The notes beneath the pieces were generated by a model that searched no databases, was not told the DNA's origin, and saw only the letters and a program-made list of their open reading frames with translations. 64,000 nt of DNA from Azolla caroliniana (lineage: Eukaryota > Plantae > Polypodiophyta): the NCBI GenBank assembly GCA_043228905.1, contig JBHGNT010000070.1, positions 62,001-126,000 on the forward strand. Direction: 5' to 3'. The translations under genes and the position numbers were made by a program. Of the stretch, positions 1-12,458 are shown in pieces. Positions within the stretch are counted from its first letter, which is position 1. The number at the start of each line of letters is the position of its first letter.

Positions 1-204
1 AAGCTTTGATATTTAGGTTTGAGGGACAAATTTACTAACATGACAACAATTCCATCTCTAATAAGAAAAGTTCAAAATGTCTATCTCAATGTAGGATTTA
101 TTTATTTTTAATAAGATTTCATCGAAGAATATGCTTCCGTTAGGTTGTCTGGAAATTATCATTAATGATACCTAATGATAACTAATGATGTTGTCTAGAA
201 GACC

Positions 205-2514
205 ATGGCATACATGCTATCAAGGTGACGTGCTTTTACAATTGATTCGTAAACATTCTTCATAGCATATTATGTATCATTCTGGCATTGAGTTCAGTAT
301 GCCTATGCCGTCAGAAATGGTTCATTACCTACTGCAATGTATCTGTAATGTATTTTCAAAGAAGTATATAAGCAGAGATTAGCGGATTATTCATAAATTT
401 CTTAGCATCATATATATATAATTCTGAGGCTAAATTTTGAATGTAACAAGAGATGGTTGGTTTCATAAGGCATCAATTTCATCTCAATTCTAAGAAAAAG
501 CAATGTTTTGACACCTTCATAGATAAAAGAAGACGAAATGATCAGAGTTATAATTTGGATCAGTGCATAGTCACAAATGAATCTGTTCTAAAAGCAATAT
601 TGGGCATACTCCATGGGAACATTGTGTTTTTCATATACATAATCTAGCAGATCGACTAATTGGGACAACATTGATGCATAAATAAATTACACTGCAATAG
701 GAACCATAATAAGATCCTACAACTGCAGACCCAAGCTACACATATTGCACAAATTGGGAGTACTCTAATTTCAATTATTTGCTAAGTTACACACATACGA
801 TTCATAACATCTAGATTGACATTTCATTCTGCTGCAATCAAGTCATTATCGATATTTCTCGCTTTATTCTGATTACGATGGCTACGGAGCTAGTCGAGAC
901 AACGTCGAGGTTCTTACTGACCAAGTGTTTGACCAAGAGGTAAGAGAACCATAAAGGAGTATAAGATGTGAATAATATTCATGTATGCTGCTTTTCTGCA
1001 TAATGCGAAAGTAATTGATAGCAGAAAGATAAACTCTTTGGTACCTGATGGCAAAAGCTTCTATATTTATTGCAAGTTGCGGTGAGATAATATATATAGA
1101 AAGATATATAAATTCCACTCGGTGAATACGAGAGTAACGTTTGAATCCGGTTGGAGTCTTGACGGCAATGTCCCTTGAAATGTCATAAGAAAGAAACAAT
1201 GTTGTGCTTGACAACAGCAAATTACTGAGAACAACGTGGCGAAAGGAAAGTTTCGTCCATCTTCCATTTAACAACATCGTACACTCTTATCATTATGTTT
1301 CCTTCAGAACGCAACTTTCTTCCGCAAACTCTTCCAGATCATACTAATCATTTACGTTGTACGTCTTTTTGTGCTGAATTGTCCTTCTGTAAGCAGCAAA
1401 ATGCAACGGCAATGGATTGATGATGAGTAGATCAGATTAAATAGCAAGGTCCTGGAAATGTGATCGAATAAGAGAATCTAATGCTGAAAACCTAGGTTCT
1501 TGGGGACGAACACAGAGAAAAGAAAAGCTTCGTCGCACATATATAAATCACTAAAGGAGCAAACTAAACGATTTTCTATCTTGTGTATACGGCAGATCAA
1601 TGCATAACAAAGAATGTTGAAGATCCTGGATCAAGGATGGAGAGGCGTTATGACACGGAGACACAGAGAAAAGCCACTGTCTAATAATCAACAAGCCCCA
1701 TAACTGCAGCAGGTTCTGCGGTATAGAGTTAATTGTTCACACGGAAAATGGTGCACTCCTAACAGTTCCTCCCATTCTCAAATAATCTCAAAGCTCACAC
1801 TCTAGACTCTTACCAAGATTTCTAGATAATGCCAGCTCTTTGAATCTTTGACCGTATTTTAACGCGTTTTTGGGAAAATTCCCCTTCGATTGCCACGTGT
1901 ACTACGCATTATTGCACAAAAGTTCCGAATCATGCTATTTATTTGATGTTTAGCTCGTTTCTGATCGAGTTCTTCTTCCGTAAGAAGTTAAGTGAGCGAC
2001 AACAGAGGAACAGGTCATATAAAATGAAGAAAAGCAGCTGCGAAAAAGGACGTATTCCATACTTACTTGATATTCACTCCTCCTTTCCCCATGAAAGCTG
2101 TGAGGTTATATTGTATCCACGCATCTGCAGCAGCAGCAGCAGAAGAAGAAGAAGAAGAAGAAGCAAAGCTGTGAAGAAATACGTTAGGAATTCCGACCAT
2201 AACCTCGATTCCTGAGCCAGCGAGAGCGTGGAGAGCAGAAGGAATGGCCTCGAGGAGCTTCACCTTAGAAATGATGTTGGAGAGAAGCATTTGAACCACA
2301 TTGCGAGCAGGAACATGGTGAGAAGTGATGTCTCCGCAGTTGAATCCGAGCGCAGAAGCAGGAACCAGAACCAGGGTTTGAGGAGGAGAAAGAAGGAGAA
2401 ACAGGAAAAAGATGATGACGGAAGGAAGGAATGGGAGCGGGAGGCAGTGAAGAGTGTGGAAATGTGGATGGGGATGGAGACGCTGTGGCCAATGCCGCCA
2501 TAGCGGATCTGCAT
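205..2514 (-). pseudogene. GH17 glucan endo-1,3-beta-glucosidase pseudogene, copy 1 (exon 1 2514-2067, exon 2 from 342)
   Basis: LGFNCGDITSHHVPARNVVQMLLSNIISKVKLLEA..LAGSGIEVMVGIPN..WIQYNLTAFMGKGGVNIK, then donor AA|GTAAGT. Acceptor TTACAG| then YIAVGNEPFLTA*. Signal-peptide region is frameshifted relative to copy 2, there is a stop right after the NEP motif, and the rest of the gene is absent. Confidence 0.88.
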
Positions 2515-2581
2515 GAGAAGGAATGCAAGAAGGAAGTGAAGCACAGAGAAGGAGAAGGAGGAGAAGGTCGATTCGTTTGTC

Positions 2582-2625
2582 CTTCTTCTTCTTCTTCTTC
2601 TTCTTCTTCTTCTTCTTCTTCGTTC

Positions 2626-2676
<51 letters not shown>

Positions 2677-2683
2677 GTGTATG

Positions 2684-2731
<48 letters not shown>
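2582..2731. repeat. Compound microsatellite (CTT)n-(CT)n-(TG)n upstream of GH17 copy 1
   Basis: Read directly. Confidence 0.97.
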
Positions 2732-2734
<3 letters not shown>

Positions 2735-3119
2735 GGAAAGGGAATAAGGGGGGGGGATGTTTTTTCTTTGTTTCTCTTTTCATTCTTTCGTTTCGTGTGT
2801 CTTTGCATTTGCCCACCTTTGGACGTTACATTTGTTACACACATACATACGGTACATACATATACAAAAATACTAAGAAATCGGGCATGGTTGGCGGCAC
2901 ATGGGTCCGTGAATGTGTACCGGCGCTGCTGTTGCGACGTCCCCTCCCACCTCTGCTCCTTCTCCTTCCATCCCAACTCTTGGTGGACCCACTCCTTCTC
3001 CGACCGCCGCCAAATCCAAGCCTACATCCACCACAGCGTCCTGCCACATGTCCACCTCCACACCCAGGTCGTCTCCATCACGTGGCAGCTCCCAGCCGAG
3101 GGACTAACCCGTCATCGTC

Positions 3120-3380
3120 GGAGAGCTTCGAGAGTGCTTTATATAATGTCATGCTCTCACTATACCACTCATTCACTCTCTACAATCTTGGGGAGTGGGG
3201 AATATCATTATCTATGTGTCATAGAGTGTAACTCCTATGATACATGAGTTATGTTTCAAGCCTCATTAACTATGTGTCATATAATGTAACTCCTATGACA
3301 CTTAATTATATTACATAGTGGTGGTGTGTAACTCACTAGTGTGTTTACACACTAGGATGGGTTGAGCTTGATTCTCAACA
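3120..3380 (-). mobile_element. Truncated Copia-type LTR fragment
   Basis: Minus strand begins TGTTGAGAATCAAGCTCAAC, resembling the start of the Copia LTR at 7454 (TGTTGAGAACCGAACTCAAC). Contains TATATAAAG. Confidence 0.5.
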
Positions 3381-3794
3381 AAGAGTTAAAGTAGAATATG
3401 CGAACAAGCCCGATGTTTGGCGATATATAGAAGGAGGAGGATGTGGTTTGACACGTGTATGGAGAAACTCCGGCCCAAGTTTGGTAGAATGTTCAACTAC
3501 GGACGTGTTGACAATATCAATATGGTCGAAAGACATTGGTTGTTTATTAAGTATATTGCCTTGAGAGGAAGAATAAACCGATCAATTACCAACCCTGTGC
3601 ATGTCTTAATCGGGGACAGTGAAATTGGTGCTTGCATCAGAGGAATGTTCATAGAATGGTATAAGCAATATGTGACGACAAGAAATATGTGAGAGTGTTC
3701 AATTTGCACCTAGTGCAAATTGTAGGGATCAAAGGTCCCAACTTAAAGAGGCTAAGAGGATATTGGAAAGGTATGTCGACTTAAACAATATATT

Positions 3795-5190
3795 GTGGTG
3801 TGCATGTGTTCCTTTGTGCCACCCTTTTAGCACACCCTTTTTAGCATGCATGTACCTAAGCCAACCCACCCTTTTAGCACACCCTTTTTAGCACGCATGT
3901 AGCTAAGCCAACCCACCCTTTTAGCACACCCTTTTAGCACACCCTTTTTAGCACGCATGTAGCTAAGCCAACCCAAATGGGTACCTTTGTATAAACTATA
4001 AATTAAGCAAGGAGTACGAAGATACGTAGGATGGTTTTGATCTCTTATGTGCATTTCACATATTGGTGGAGATGCAGGGTATCAGTCCCCCACATCCAAT
4101 AATCCGCCTCTTTCGCGTCGTAGGTATGCATCGCTCTCACCACCATCAATCACTCGACCCACACTATCTTGTTAGTCGACTACCATAGCAGTATCTCTTC
4201 CATTAGCATCGCCTTAGTTCACCAGTTAGACCTCCTGACATCTACCGCTCCCTCCATCTAAGTCCTTTTTGGCGATCACCAACATCTATACCACTCTCGC
4301 ATGCAAGCCCATTGCACCATCACCTTAGGCAATCTCACTTTCTCACACCACCTTTATGTCTTGCCCTACCAACTCTTCTCCCTCACCTTACGTTGTGATT
4401 GGTTCCTCAAGTGTCACGCTACAATTGATTTCACTACCCATTAACTTCTTGTGCCACGAGCTCCCCTAATCCCCCTCCTACACGATAGCCCTCTTGTCCC
4501 CCACCTCAACGAAGTTCAAGAGGTTCTCAATCCACAAGAGCGATTGATCTTTCTCCGCCAATTGATCTTTTCCCCGATCCCCCTACACGATAGCCCTCAT
4601 GTCCCCCACCTTAGCCACGTCCAGGTGGGCCTCATTCCACAAAAGTGATTGATCTTTCAGACAAATGGCCTCACCGAATGCCTCAACAAGACCCTCAAGC
4701 AAGAGATGACCACACAAATCAGCCCTTTTCGAGCACTCTATGGGCGTGACCATTGCCTCCCACCAGAATCGTCCATTGATGTCCATTCCAACCCTACCAT
4801 AAATGGATGGTGCCACTTGGGGGCTCTATCTCCAACAAATGCCCCCCCCCCTCATTTGACAAGCCAGCTCCTAAAACCTACAAGTCGCACAACAACGCTA
4901 CAAGCACCGAGGAATTTGACTCATTCACCGTAGTTTGTGTCATCAAATCCACCATGTACTTGCTCCAACGTGATTCCAACAGTCGATTCACCTCCTCCCA
5001 AGTTGCCCGCATCAAGCCTTATGCCACCCCAACCCCAACCCCAGCTTCTGACCCTTGTTCCTTCCCCATGTCATAGACCTCCTTGTTTCTCTCAGGGGGG
5101 AAAAGTGGCGTGCATGTGTTCCTTTGTGCCACCCTTTTAGCACACCCTTTTTAGCACGCATGTAACTAAGCCAACCCAATGGGTACCTTT
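3795..5190 (+). mobile_element. Internally deleted Ty3/Gypsy element (5' LTR 3795-4060, tRNA-Ala-type PBS, truncated 3' LTR ~5104-5190)
   Basis: TG..CA LTR followed by TGGTGGAGATGCAGGGTATC, complementary to a tRNA-Ala 3' end with 1 mismatch. Protease remnant HLYVLP..LRCDWFLKCHATIDF. Integrase remnants QTNGLTECLNKTLKQ, ISPFRALYGR and QVARIKPY. PPT AGGGGGGAAAA precedes the second LTR copy. Confidence 0.82.
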
Positions 5191-7175
5191 ACATCACGCA
5201 TCTTATCCACTTCTTTACAATACATCCAAACCCTAATAGGAACCACATAATGAACAATCAACCATCTAAATAGAATAATCTTCTTTGGAATTTGCACAAC
5301 CAATAGCCATTTCCAAAATGTTGTCATGTGAGTAGGATCCACATTATAAGGCAACCATGTTGTAGCTGTTGTTGGCCAATGGGGTACCCTACGTCTTATC
5401 ATCTCCCTTCCCAATCGAATGGAATCAGCCTAACATTCTCCCCAGAATATGATGTAGGTAGCTAATTCCATTCTCCCAGGTCCCATTCCAATTCACATAA
5501 TGGTTTTTTCCCCACTACCCATAGATCCCACCATGGATGAACATCATTCGGATTAGGGTCAAGGACCCAAACCTTATCTACCTTAGCTAGAATTCTAATA
5601 GGTTTTAATATAGCCTTAGCCAAACATTCATCTTCCCGGGTAATCATCCCTAATCGTCCATCTTGTAGAACATCATAACTTAAGAAAGTACCATCATCTC
5701 TAAGGCCACAGACTCCAAGTAAAACCTGAAAATTTGAAATTAATCCCACCCACTTATGACAATTAGAAAGTATATTATCCTGCAAGGGTAACAACAACTT
5801 CTTTAGCTCATCAACTATCACCTTTCCTCCTCTTATTCCTTTGTACTCTTGTTGAATAATATGAGTAGGGTTGTGAACAAATTGTTGCTAATTACTAAGT
5901 GATGAAGCAAAAGATGAATCCACTTGAGCCCAATTTAATGTGACTCTCCTCTCCAACATAGGTCCTTCAACATCTAGAAATAAAAGATTCTGAACCAAGG
6001 GTTGATGTAACCATTCATCCATCGAAGTGGGTTGGAATTGTTGCAAATTATCCATTATGGACCACCATGCTCACTTTATCGCAGCGAAGAATCTATCATT
6101 TTGAAACACTATCTTATGCTAATGGAAGTTAGGAATAAACCACTATCTGAGAGACCTTGACCATTCACCTCCAGTTTTCGGGAAGACCTCTTTCATTCGC
6201 AACTGAAGAAGCATCTTCCAGGGCTCATTTCCTGGCAGTAATCCTCGTACTATAACTTTTGCCAATGATTCCTTACATTTCATCAGAGGATCTACCAAAC
6301 CTAAACCCCCCTTGAGAAGTCGGTGATATAATAGTTTTCCAAGCTACATTTGGTCTAACATTCTTAAAATCAGTAGATCCCCATAAAAAATTTCTAATCA
6401 ATCTCTGTAACTTTAACAACAAAGATCTGGAGAATAACCAAGAGGATAGAATATACCACATTGAGGAGAGTAATACTTGATTAGAAATAACTAGCCTCCC
6501 TGCAAGTGACAAATTCTTAGTACTTCAGAAAATCAATTTCTTCTTCAAAGAAAGTAGTAATGGTTGTATATTAGCTTCTAGAGGAAGATTAATTCCCACT
6601 TGGCACCCTAAATATCTCACAAGAGAGCCCTTTGGTATCCATCGGAATCCACTGTCTGGACACCAAGTAGGAATAAGACCTTCCCCAACCCAAAATCCCA
6701 CTAATTTATGCCAATTAATAATAGCACTTGAAGCATCACAAAAGTCATGGATCACATTTTGCACATTATAGAGATTTCTGTCATATCTTACAACGTATAA
6801 TGTTGTATCATCTGCAAATTCACACTCTAACATAGCCTCCTCCACACTTGGCAATTGTATTCCTTTAATAGATAACCTATTCTTATGCAAGAATGCACTA
6901 AAGGCTTCTCCCACAAATAGAAATAAACATGGAGCCAAAGGACATCCTTGTGTCACCAATCTAGTAATTGAAAAAGTATTACCTAGTGCTCCTCCAACAA
7001 GAACTCGACTAGATGTGGAATTATATAATGCAAAAACAACCTTAACATAGTCACTTGGAAGACCTAGATGACCCATAACTTCATATAAGAAATTCCAATC
7101 GACTCTGTCATATGCTTTCTCAAAATCCAAAAGCAATATTGTCAATTCTTGTTTTGTTTCTTGCACTATTGCTAT
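5191..7175 (-). mobile_element. L1-clade LINE ORF2 fragment (RT and downstream region), degenerate
   Basis: LLDFEKAYDRVDW, QGCPLAP, EFADDT, VRYLG, LSLAGRLVISNQVL, LIRNFLWG, VAWKTI..P..QGG. Split by frameshifts and stops (ORFs 6525..7256, 6273..6512, 5462..5821). Confidence 0.92.
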
Positions 7176-7222
7176 TGTAAGGAATCGGGTGGAAGAACTG
7201 TGTGTGCGTGTGTGCGTGTGTG

Positions 7223-7253
<31 letters not shown>

Positions 7254-9482
7254 CAAGGTTACAAAAAACAGAAAATTGTATTACAAGAAAAATAAGAATG
7301 ACCAACGACAACTAAGTTACAAGGGGTTGGTTTAAATACCATCTAGTCTCTAAGGGCAACTGTCCTTTCTACTATTGACAATACTAGCCTCGTAAGATGT
7401 CCATTGGCTAGCGTGAACACTATCTTTATGGGAAGTTGAGTTCGGTTCTCAACACACCCCTTCGAACACAACTTGCGGATGTTGAAAAGTTGGTTTGGTT
7501 CGATTCTTGAAAAACTTTGATTCGACTGATGCATCGGTTTTCGAAAGGTTAGTCGACACGGCTTGCTCCTTGTTCAGCTCGATTATCATCGTACTTCGAC
7601 TTTTCTAGTCAGCTTCGATCGACTGATCGGCTACTATTATTTTTCGGTACTCCCTCTCAAGCACAACTAGTCAGTGAGCGAGAGACCAAGGCTCGTCGCG
7701 AACTTCCGCAACTTGTCGATACCCACGGCTTTTGTGAAGATGTCAGCCACCTAAAGGTTCGTGTTGTTGTGCTATAAATCGACATCTCCAACTTGAATGC
7801 ACTCTCGGATGAAGTGGTAGTGAACTTCGATATGTTTAGTCCGCACGTGGAATATAGGGTTCCGAGCTAGGTAGATACTGCTCATGTTGTCACAATATAG
7901 GACCATCGGATCCTTGATGGGAATGCCCAGATCCTTCAAAATGCGGCTTTATCTCCAACAAATGCTCCCCCTCATTCAACAAGCCGGCTCCTGAAACCTA
8001 CATGTCGCACAACAATGTTAGAAGCATTGAGGAATTCGACTCGCTCACCGTAGTTCGTGCATTAATTTTTGTGTTCATCTTCTCGGCCCTTGGTATGATG
8101 GATAAATCCAAGCCACTAAACTCACTATCGGGTGAGTGTTTCGATTCGATTCCCACAGAGTCTTCGTACTCAGGCATTTTGGCCTTCCCTTTGTCCATCT
8201 TCGGACTCGACCGTGACATGCTTTGGTCACTCGGGGGCTCCTATGGTCCACTCAACCTAGTTGAGACTGGACTCTCTTCTTATTTGAGCCTTAGTCGGTC
8301 GTCCTCCTCCGAGGCATTATCGAAATCGGTTTCGATTGGATGATCGGATGAATACGACATCCTTGCTCACTCGCACCTTTTTGGTGGATGGGTTGAAGCA
8401 CTTATACCCCTTCTGTTCGAGCGAGTACCCCACAAGGATACACTTCTCCGATTTCGGATCGAGCTTTTGTTGCTTATCATCGGGAATGTGTACAAATGCG
8501 ATCGAGCCAAATATCCGGACGTGGGACAAGTTCAGCTTCTTTTTGTAGAACTTTTCTTAGGGGGTGATATCATGCACTTCGGATGTCGTGCATTAGTTCA
8601 TTAGATAGAAGGTCGTGTTCGCCGCTTCAACCCAATACGATTTCGGCAGATGTTTCTCATTCATCATTGCCCGTGCAACCTCGAGTATATCCTAATTCTT
8701 CTGTTTGGCTACACTGTTCTGTTGAGGTGTTTGTTGGCATCTAAATTCTTGTCAAATTCCTTCTTATCGAAGGAATGTTGTGAAGGCATTAGAGAAATAT
8801 TCATTGCCCCCATATGATTGAAGGTATCAGACATGCCAGTTGGTTGTCTTTTCCACTTCATTCTTGAACTTTTGGAAGTGTTTGAACACCGCTCTTTTGT
8901 CGCATCGTGTAGATCTAGGTGTGCCTAGAGAAGTCGTCGATGAATGTGACGTAGTATCAACAACCACCGAATGCCAATACATCCGAATGTACCACATACA
9001 GGATCCCTTTGGTCACATTCCTCTCTTTTGGGAATGGTTGTCGGTGTGGTTTGCCGAATTGGTAGGCTTCACATACACCAACTATCTCCTTTTCGAAAAA
9101 TGTTGGGAGTCTGATTATGACTCCTTTCGACTGTATTCCTTTAAGCTTTTGGAGATTGATGTGGCCAATTCGTTTGTGTCACAATTTCAAGACAGTTTCA
9201 ACTTTGAGGTCTTTGCGAACATGACCGACTTCACCTCGTTCGATTCGAGGATGAACATTCGGCCGTGTCTTCGACCGTGAGCGATAATTCGGCCTTCCTT
9301 TTTGAACCGAACTTGCATGACTTGTTCCACGATTTGGCCAACTGAGACCAGATTCTTCATTATTGTTGGAACATGTAAGACATTTTTTATGTAGGTTTGA
9401 TTCCCTTCTTCGCCGAATGGGACATTGCCGACATGTTGAATGGGGTGTATCGTGTCATTCCCGGTTTCAACATAGTCGGGTC
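7176..9482 (-). mobile_element. Ty1/Copia remnant: integrase, RNase H, PPT and 3' LTR (7176-7454); RT domain deleted
   Basis: KNVLHVPTIMKNLVSVGQ, RIFGSIAFVHIPD..KLDPKSEKCILVGYS..KGYKCFNP, LYCDNMSSIYLARNPIFHVRTKHIEVHYHFIRE, ADIFTKA. PPT GAAGGGGTG then TGTTGAG...CCTTACA. The LTR contains an internal (CT)n(CA)n tract. Confidence 0.92.
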
Positions 9483-9697
9483 CATTGTTGTAAAATACTT
9501 AGCATAAAATACGCGTAGAATACATATTCTAAGTATTCTACAAGTATTCTAACTTTTAAAAAAAAATACTTAGAATACGTATTTTATAGATAGAATGCGT
9601 TCAATACGTTAAATAGTTAGAATACGTGTAAAATACTAGGAATACGTTTAGAATACTTGGAATACGTTTAGAATACTTAGAATACATGTAGAATACA
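9483..9697 (+). mobile_element. Probable hAT-family terminus with subterminal repeats
   Basis: Starts CATTGTTGTAAAA (hAT-like TIR) exactly where the Copia coding sequence breaks off. Followed by more than 10 (T)AGAATAC-type repeats in both orientations. Confidence 0.55.
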
Positions 9698-9731
9698 CAC
9701 ACACTGTACAGATACACATACACATACAGAG

Positions 9732-12458
9732 AGAAAGAAAGAAGAAGAAAGAAAGATATATTAACGTCTTCTAAGGCCAAAATTGGCCCATGAGACAAAT
9801 GGTGTACAACAAAAATGGGATATTTACCCATTCATCGAAAGTAAAAATAAAAATAAGATAAAATAGAGTTTAAGCTAAATAGTTCTAAGAAAACAACAAA
9901 CATGTTCTATATAAAAAAAACATGTTCTACAATGAGAATGATTCTATACTAGGCCTAATTTCATTTCCATCCAAGTCTCTCGAAGAGAAGCGGGGGGTCA
10001 AAGGGTTGCCATGATGTGGATGTGGCCCGTGGTCCCCATGTAAGAGGTACCCCAACCATAGCTTCGAGTCGACGTAGCTCACGTTCCCTTATCTTCTTAA
10101 TCTTTTCTACTCCACGTTGACTTGTGTTGAAGCCCAACATCCGAGGACGTTTGGTTGCTCTTTGTATTTCTGCTTCCTCAAGGGAGAGGCCGAGCGGCAT
10201 AAGTGTATCCACATTCATCGTCTCCCCATGTTCCTGAAAAATTACACTAGGTACATGTTGATGAGTAGTAAAAGGGTTATGATTAACACTTTGTAATTTA
10301 TCCTCCCTATGTTGTTTTAGCTCTAAGATATACCTACCTAGTCTCTTTACACTCGGGGTATCTAATAGTTTGGAGAGGGTGGGAGAGGGTCCTAGTATGT
10401 CTTGGTATTCCGCCCGTATCTCGGCATAAGTTGGGCACTTGCATGTGAAGTGATACTCATCCTCTATCTCTATGTGGCATAACCTACATAGCCTTTCCTC
10501 TCTAAGGACTCTATTAGCTCGACCATTCTCAATCTCAAGTTGGTGAGATGATATCCTAAGTTGTCCAATGGCCACCCTTAGTGCATTTGATAAGAAAGTA
10601 TCTAGGTATCTTGGTCGTGTAATAAACCCTAACTTAGAGAAGTGCAAGAAGTGTTCCTTATAGTACACCATTTTAGATGGGAGTGGCACTCGTGGGGTGA
10701 TCCATTTGTATCGAGTGTAGATTTGCCATATTTCTTGGCGTATCACTTTATTACGATCTTCACGAGAGATTAAAGTTTGATCAGTCCCATGGTTGTACTT
10801 AAGGGGAGGTAGGTTATTAATGTCTATGCCATTTGCAAATAACCAACTCACCACAATGCTATACCAAGAGTTGGTGTCTCCAGACACATGTAAGGATCGG
10901 GATGCCTCAAAGGCTCGACGGGATATCCTATCTTGTGGTTGACTATGTATCCGATGAATAAAAGCTACCACTTGAAAGAGTGCTTCTACTAACATCGGGG
11001 GTAGGCTAAACTCCGCTCTAATAATGTCATGTGGTACTGTCGATTTGCTTCGGAGTTGACGTGATAACATCACCACTAAAGGTCTCTCCAATTGCGTCCA
11101 CATGAAAGATGGTAGACCTGGAGCCCATACTACTGATGCATACATGAGGGACGGGGTCACTAATGAGTCGAAAAGCCATCCCTTAGTCCGTGGCTCTTGA
11201 AAGTATGCTTGGTGGCATTGTCTCTCTAAGAGTGAGAGGGATGCATATCCTCTCGTTAGCCTATCTTTGGCTGCCTGGGTCATCGAGAATTTACCTGAGC
11301 GAGCACTAAAAGTGACTCCCAAGTATACATAAGATCCCACCACCTCAACTAGTTTATGAGAGAGGATGAGGTGACATTTACTCCTAACTCTGGGCGATGT
11401 ATGAAAGATAAGGACTTTAGTTTTCGCTAGATTCACTACCAGTCCTCGTTGTGTACAAAAGTCATCTAGGGCATTAAGATGCTTTTGTAGGTCGTGTTCC
11501 GACTCCGAGAGCAAGACAATGTCGTCTGCGTAGAGTAAGAGACTAACTTGCGTATCCCCAATAGCCACTCCTTTGCCTCCCTTACGAGCAATAAAATCAG
11601 TGATCTCATCAATGTAGATCCCAAAAAGAGTCGGTGATAGGGGGCAACCCTGTTTTACACCAATGGTGCTAGTGAAACAATCGGATAGGCCACCTGGGCA
11701 TCTTACGCGCCCATAGACTTGCTCATATAGGGCATAAATGGCCCAAATCATGTCATTTGGTATCTCCAAGCTCTTAAGTCTATCAAACAACCTCTCCCTA
11801 GGTACTGTATCAAAGGCTTTGCGAAAGTCCACAAAGCAACAATATAGTTTCTTCTTACGAGCCTTTGTTTGGTCAATTAAGCACCTAAGTGTGAAGATGT
11901 GGTCAATAGTGGAGAAGGCTCGTCTAAAGCCAGCCTGCTCAGGTGCTCGAAGACTTAATGTTTCCATATAATCACTGAGCTCCGCTTCCATTACTGCACC
12001 ATATAGTTTAGCAAGCGTATGACCTATCATAATGGTCCTATATGTATTTGGGTCCATTGGGTCCCCTCCTTTATGTATAGGGGCCACAGTGTTCATGGCC
12101 CATTGTGGTGGAAAACCCTCGGCGAGGGCGCGGTTGAAGATTAGAGTGAGAAGGGGAGCTAGGCACTCTCGAGCATATATGATGTGCTCGGCTCGCAATC
12201 CTGTGTGGTCCATGGATTTCCTATGTTGTAATTTTTTTATGACCTTCGTGACCCTAGAGGTCGTGAAAAGTGTCCCCATGGTAGGTCGAGGTGTGGAGGG
12301 CATTGGAATGGGTGGTTGGTTCGGGACATGGTAAAGTCTCTCGGTATATGTGTGCCAAATATTGGGATCCTCGATGGGTGTTTGTGGTCTCGGTTCCCGT
12401 AGTCTCTTCCATGCAAGGGCACAATCCCTACTCATGAGCATATGGTAGAGTTCCCAAT

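Larger units (their letters stand above)
1..2731. repeat. Left arm of large inverted duplication (probably continues beyond window start)
   Basis: Base 1 AAGCTTTGATATTTAGG is the reverse complement of the sequence ending at 15134. Mirrored ORFs 453..647+/14262..14456- and 882..1277-/13822..14187+. Homology runs inward to the (CT)n/(TG)n tract at 2630-2731. Confidence 0.95.

Noticed and set aside
453-1277. ORFs conserved in two copies (453..647, 882..1277 and mirrors at 13822-14456)
   Set aside because: They lie in the GH17 intron. The conservation reflects the recent inverted duplication, not coding constraint.
2228-3247. Overlapping ORFs with RERERE, SLSLSL or CVCVCV runs
   Set aside because: Microsatellite translations.
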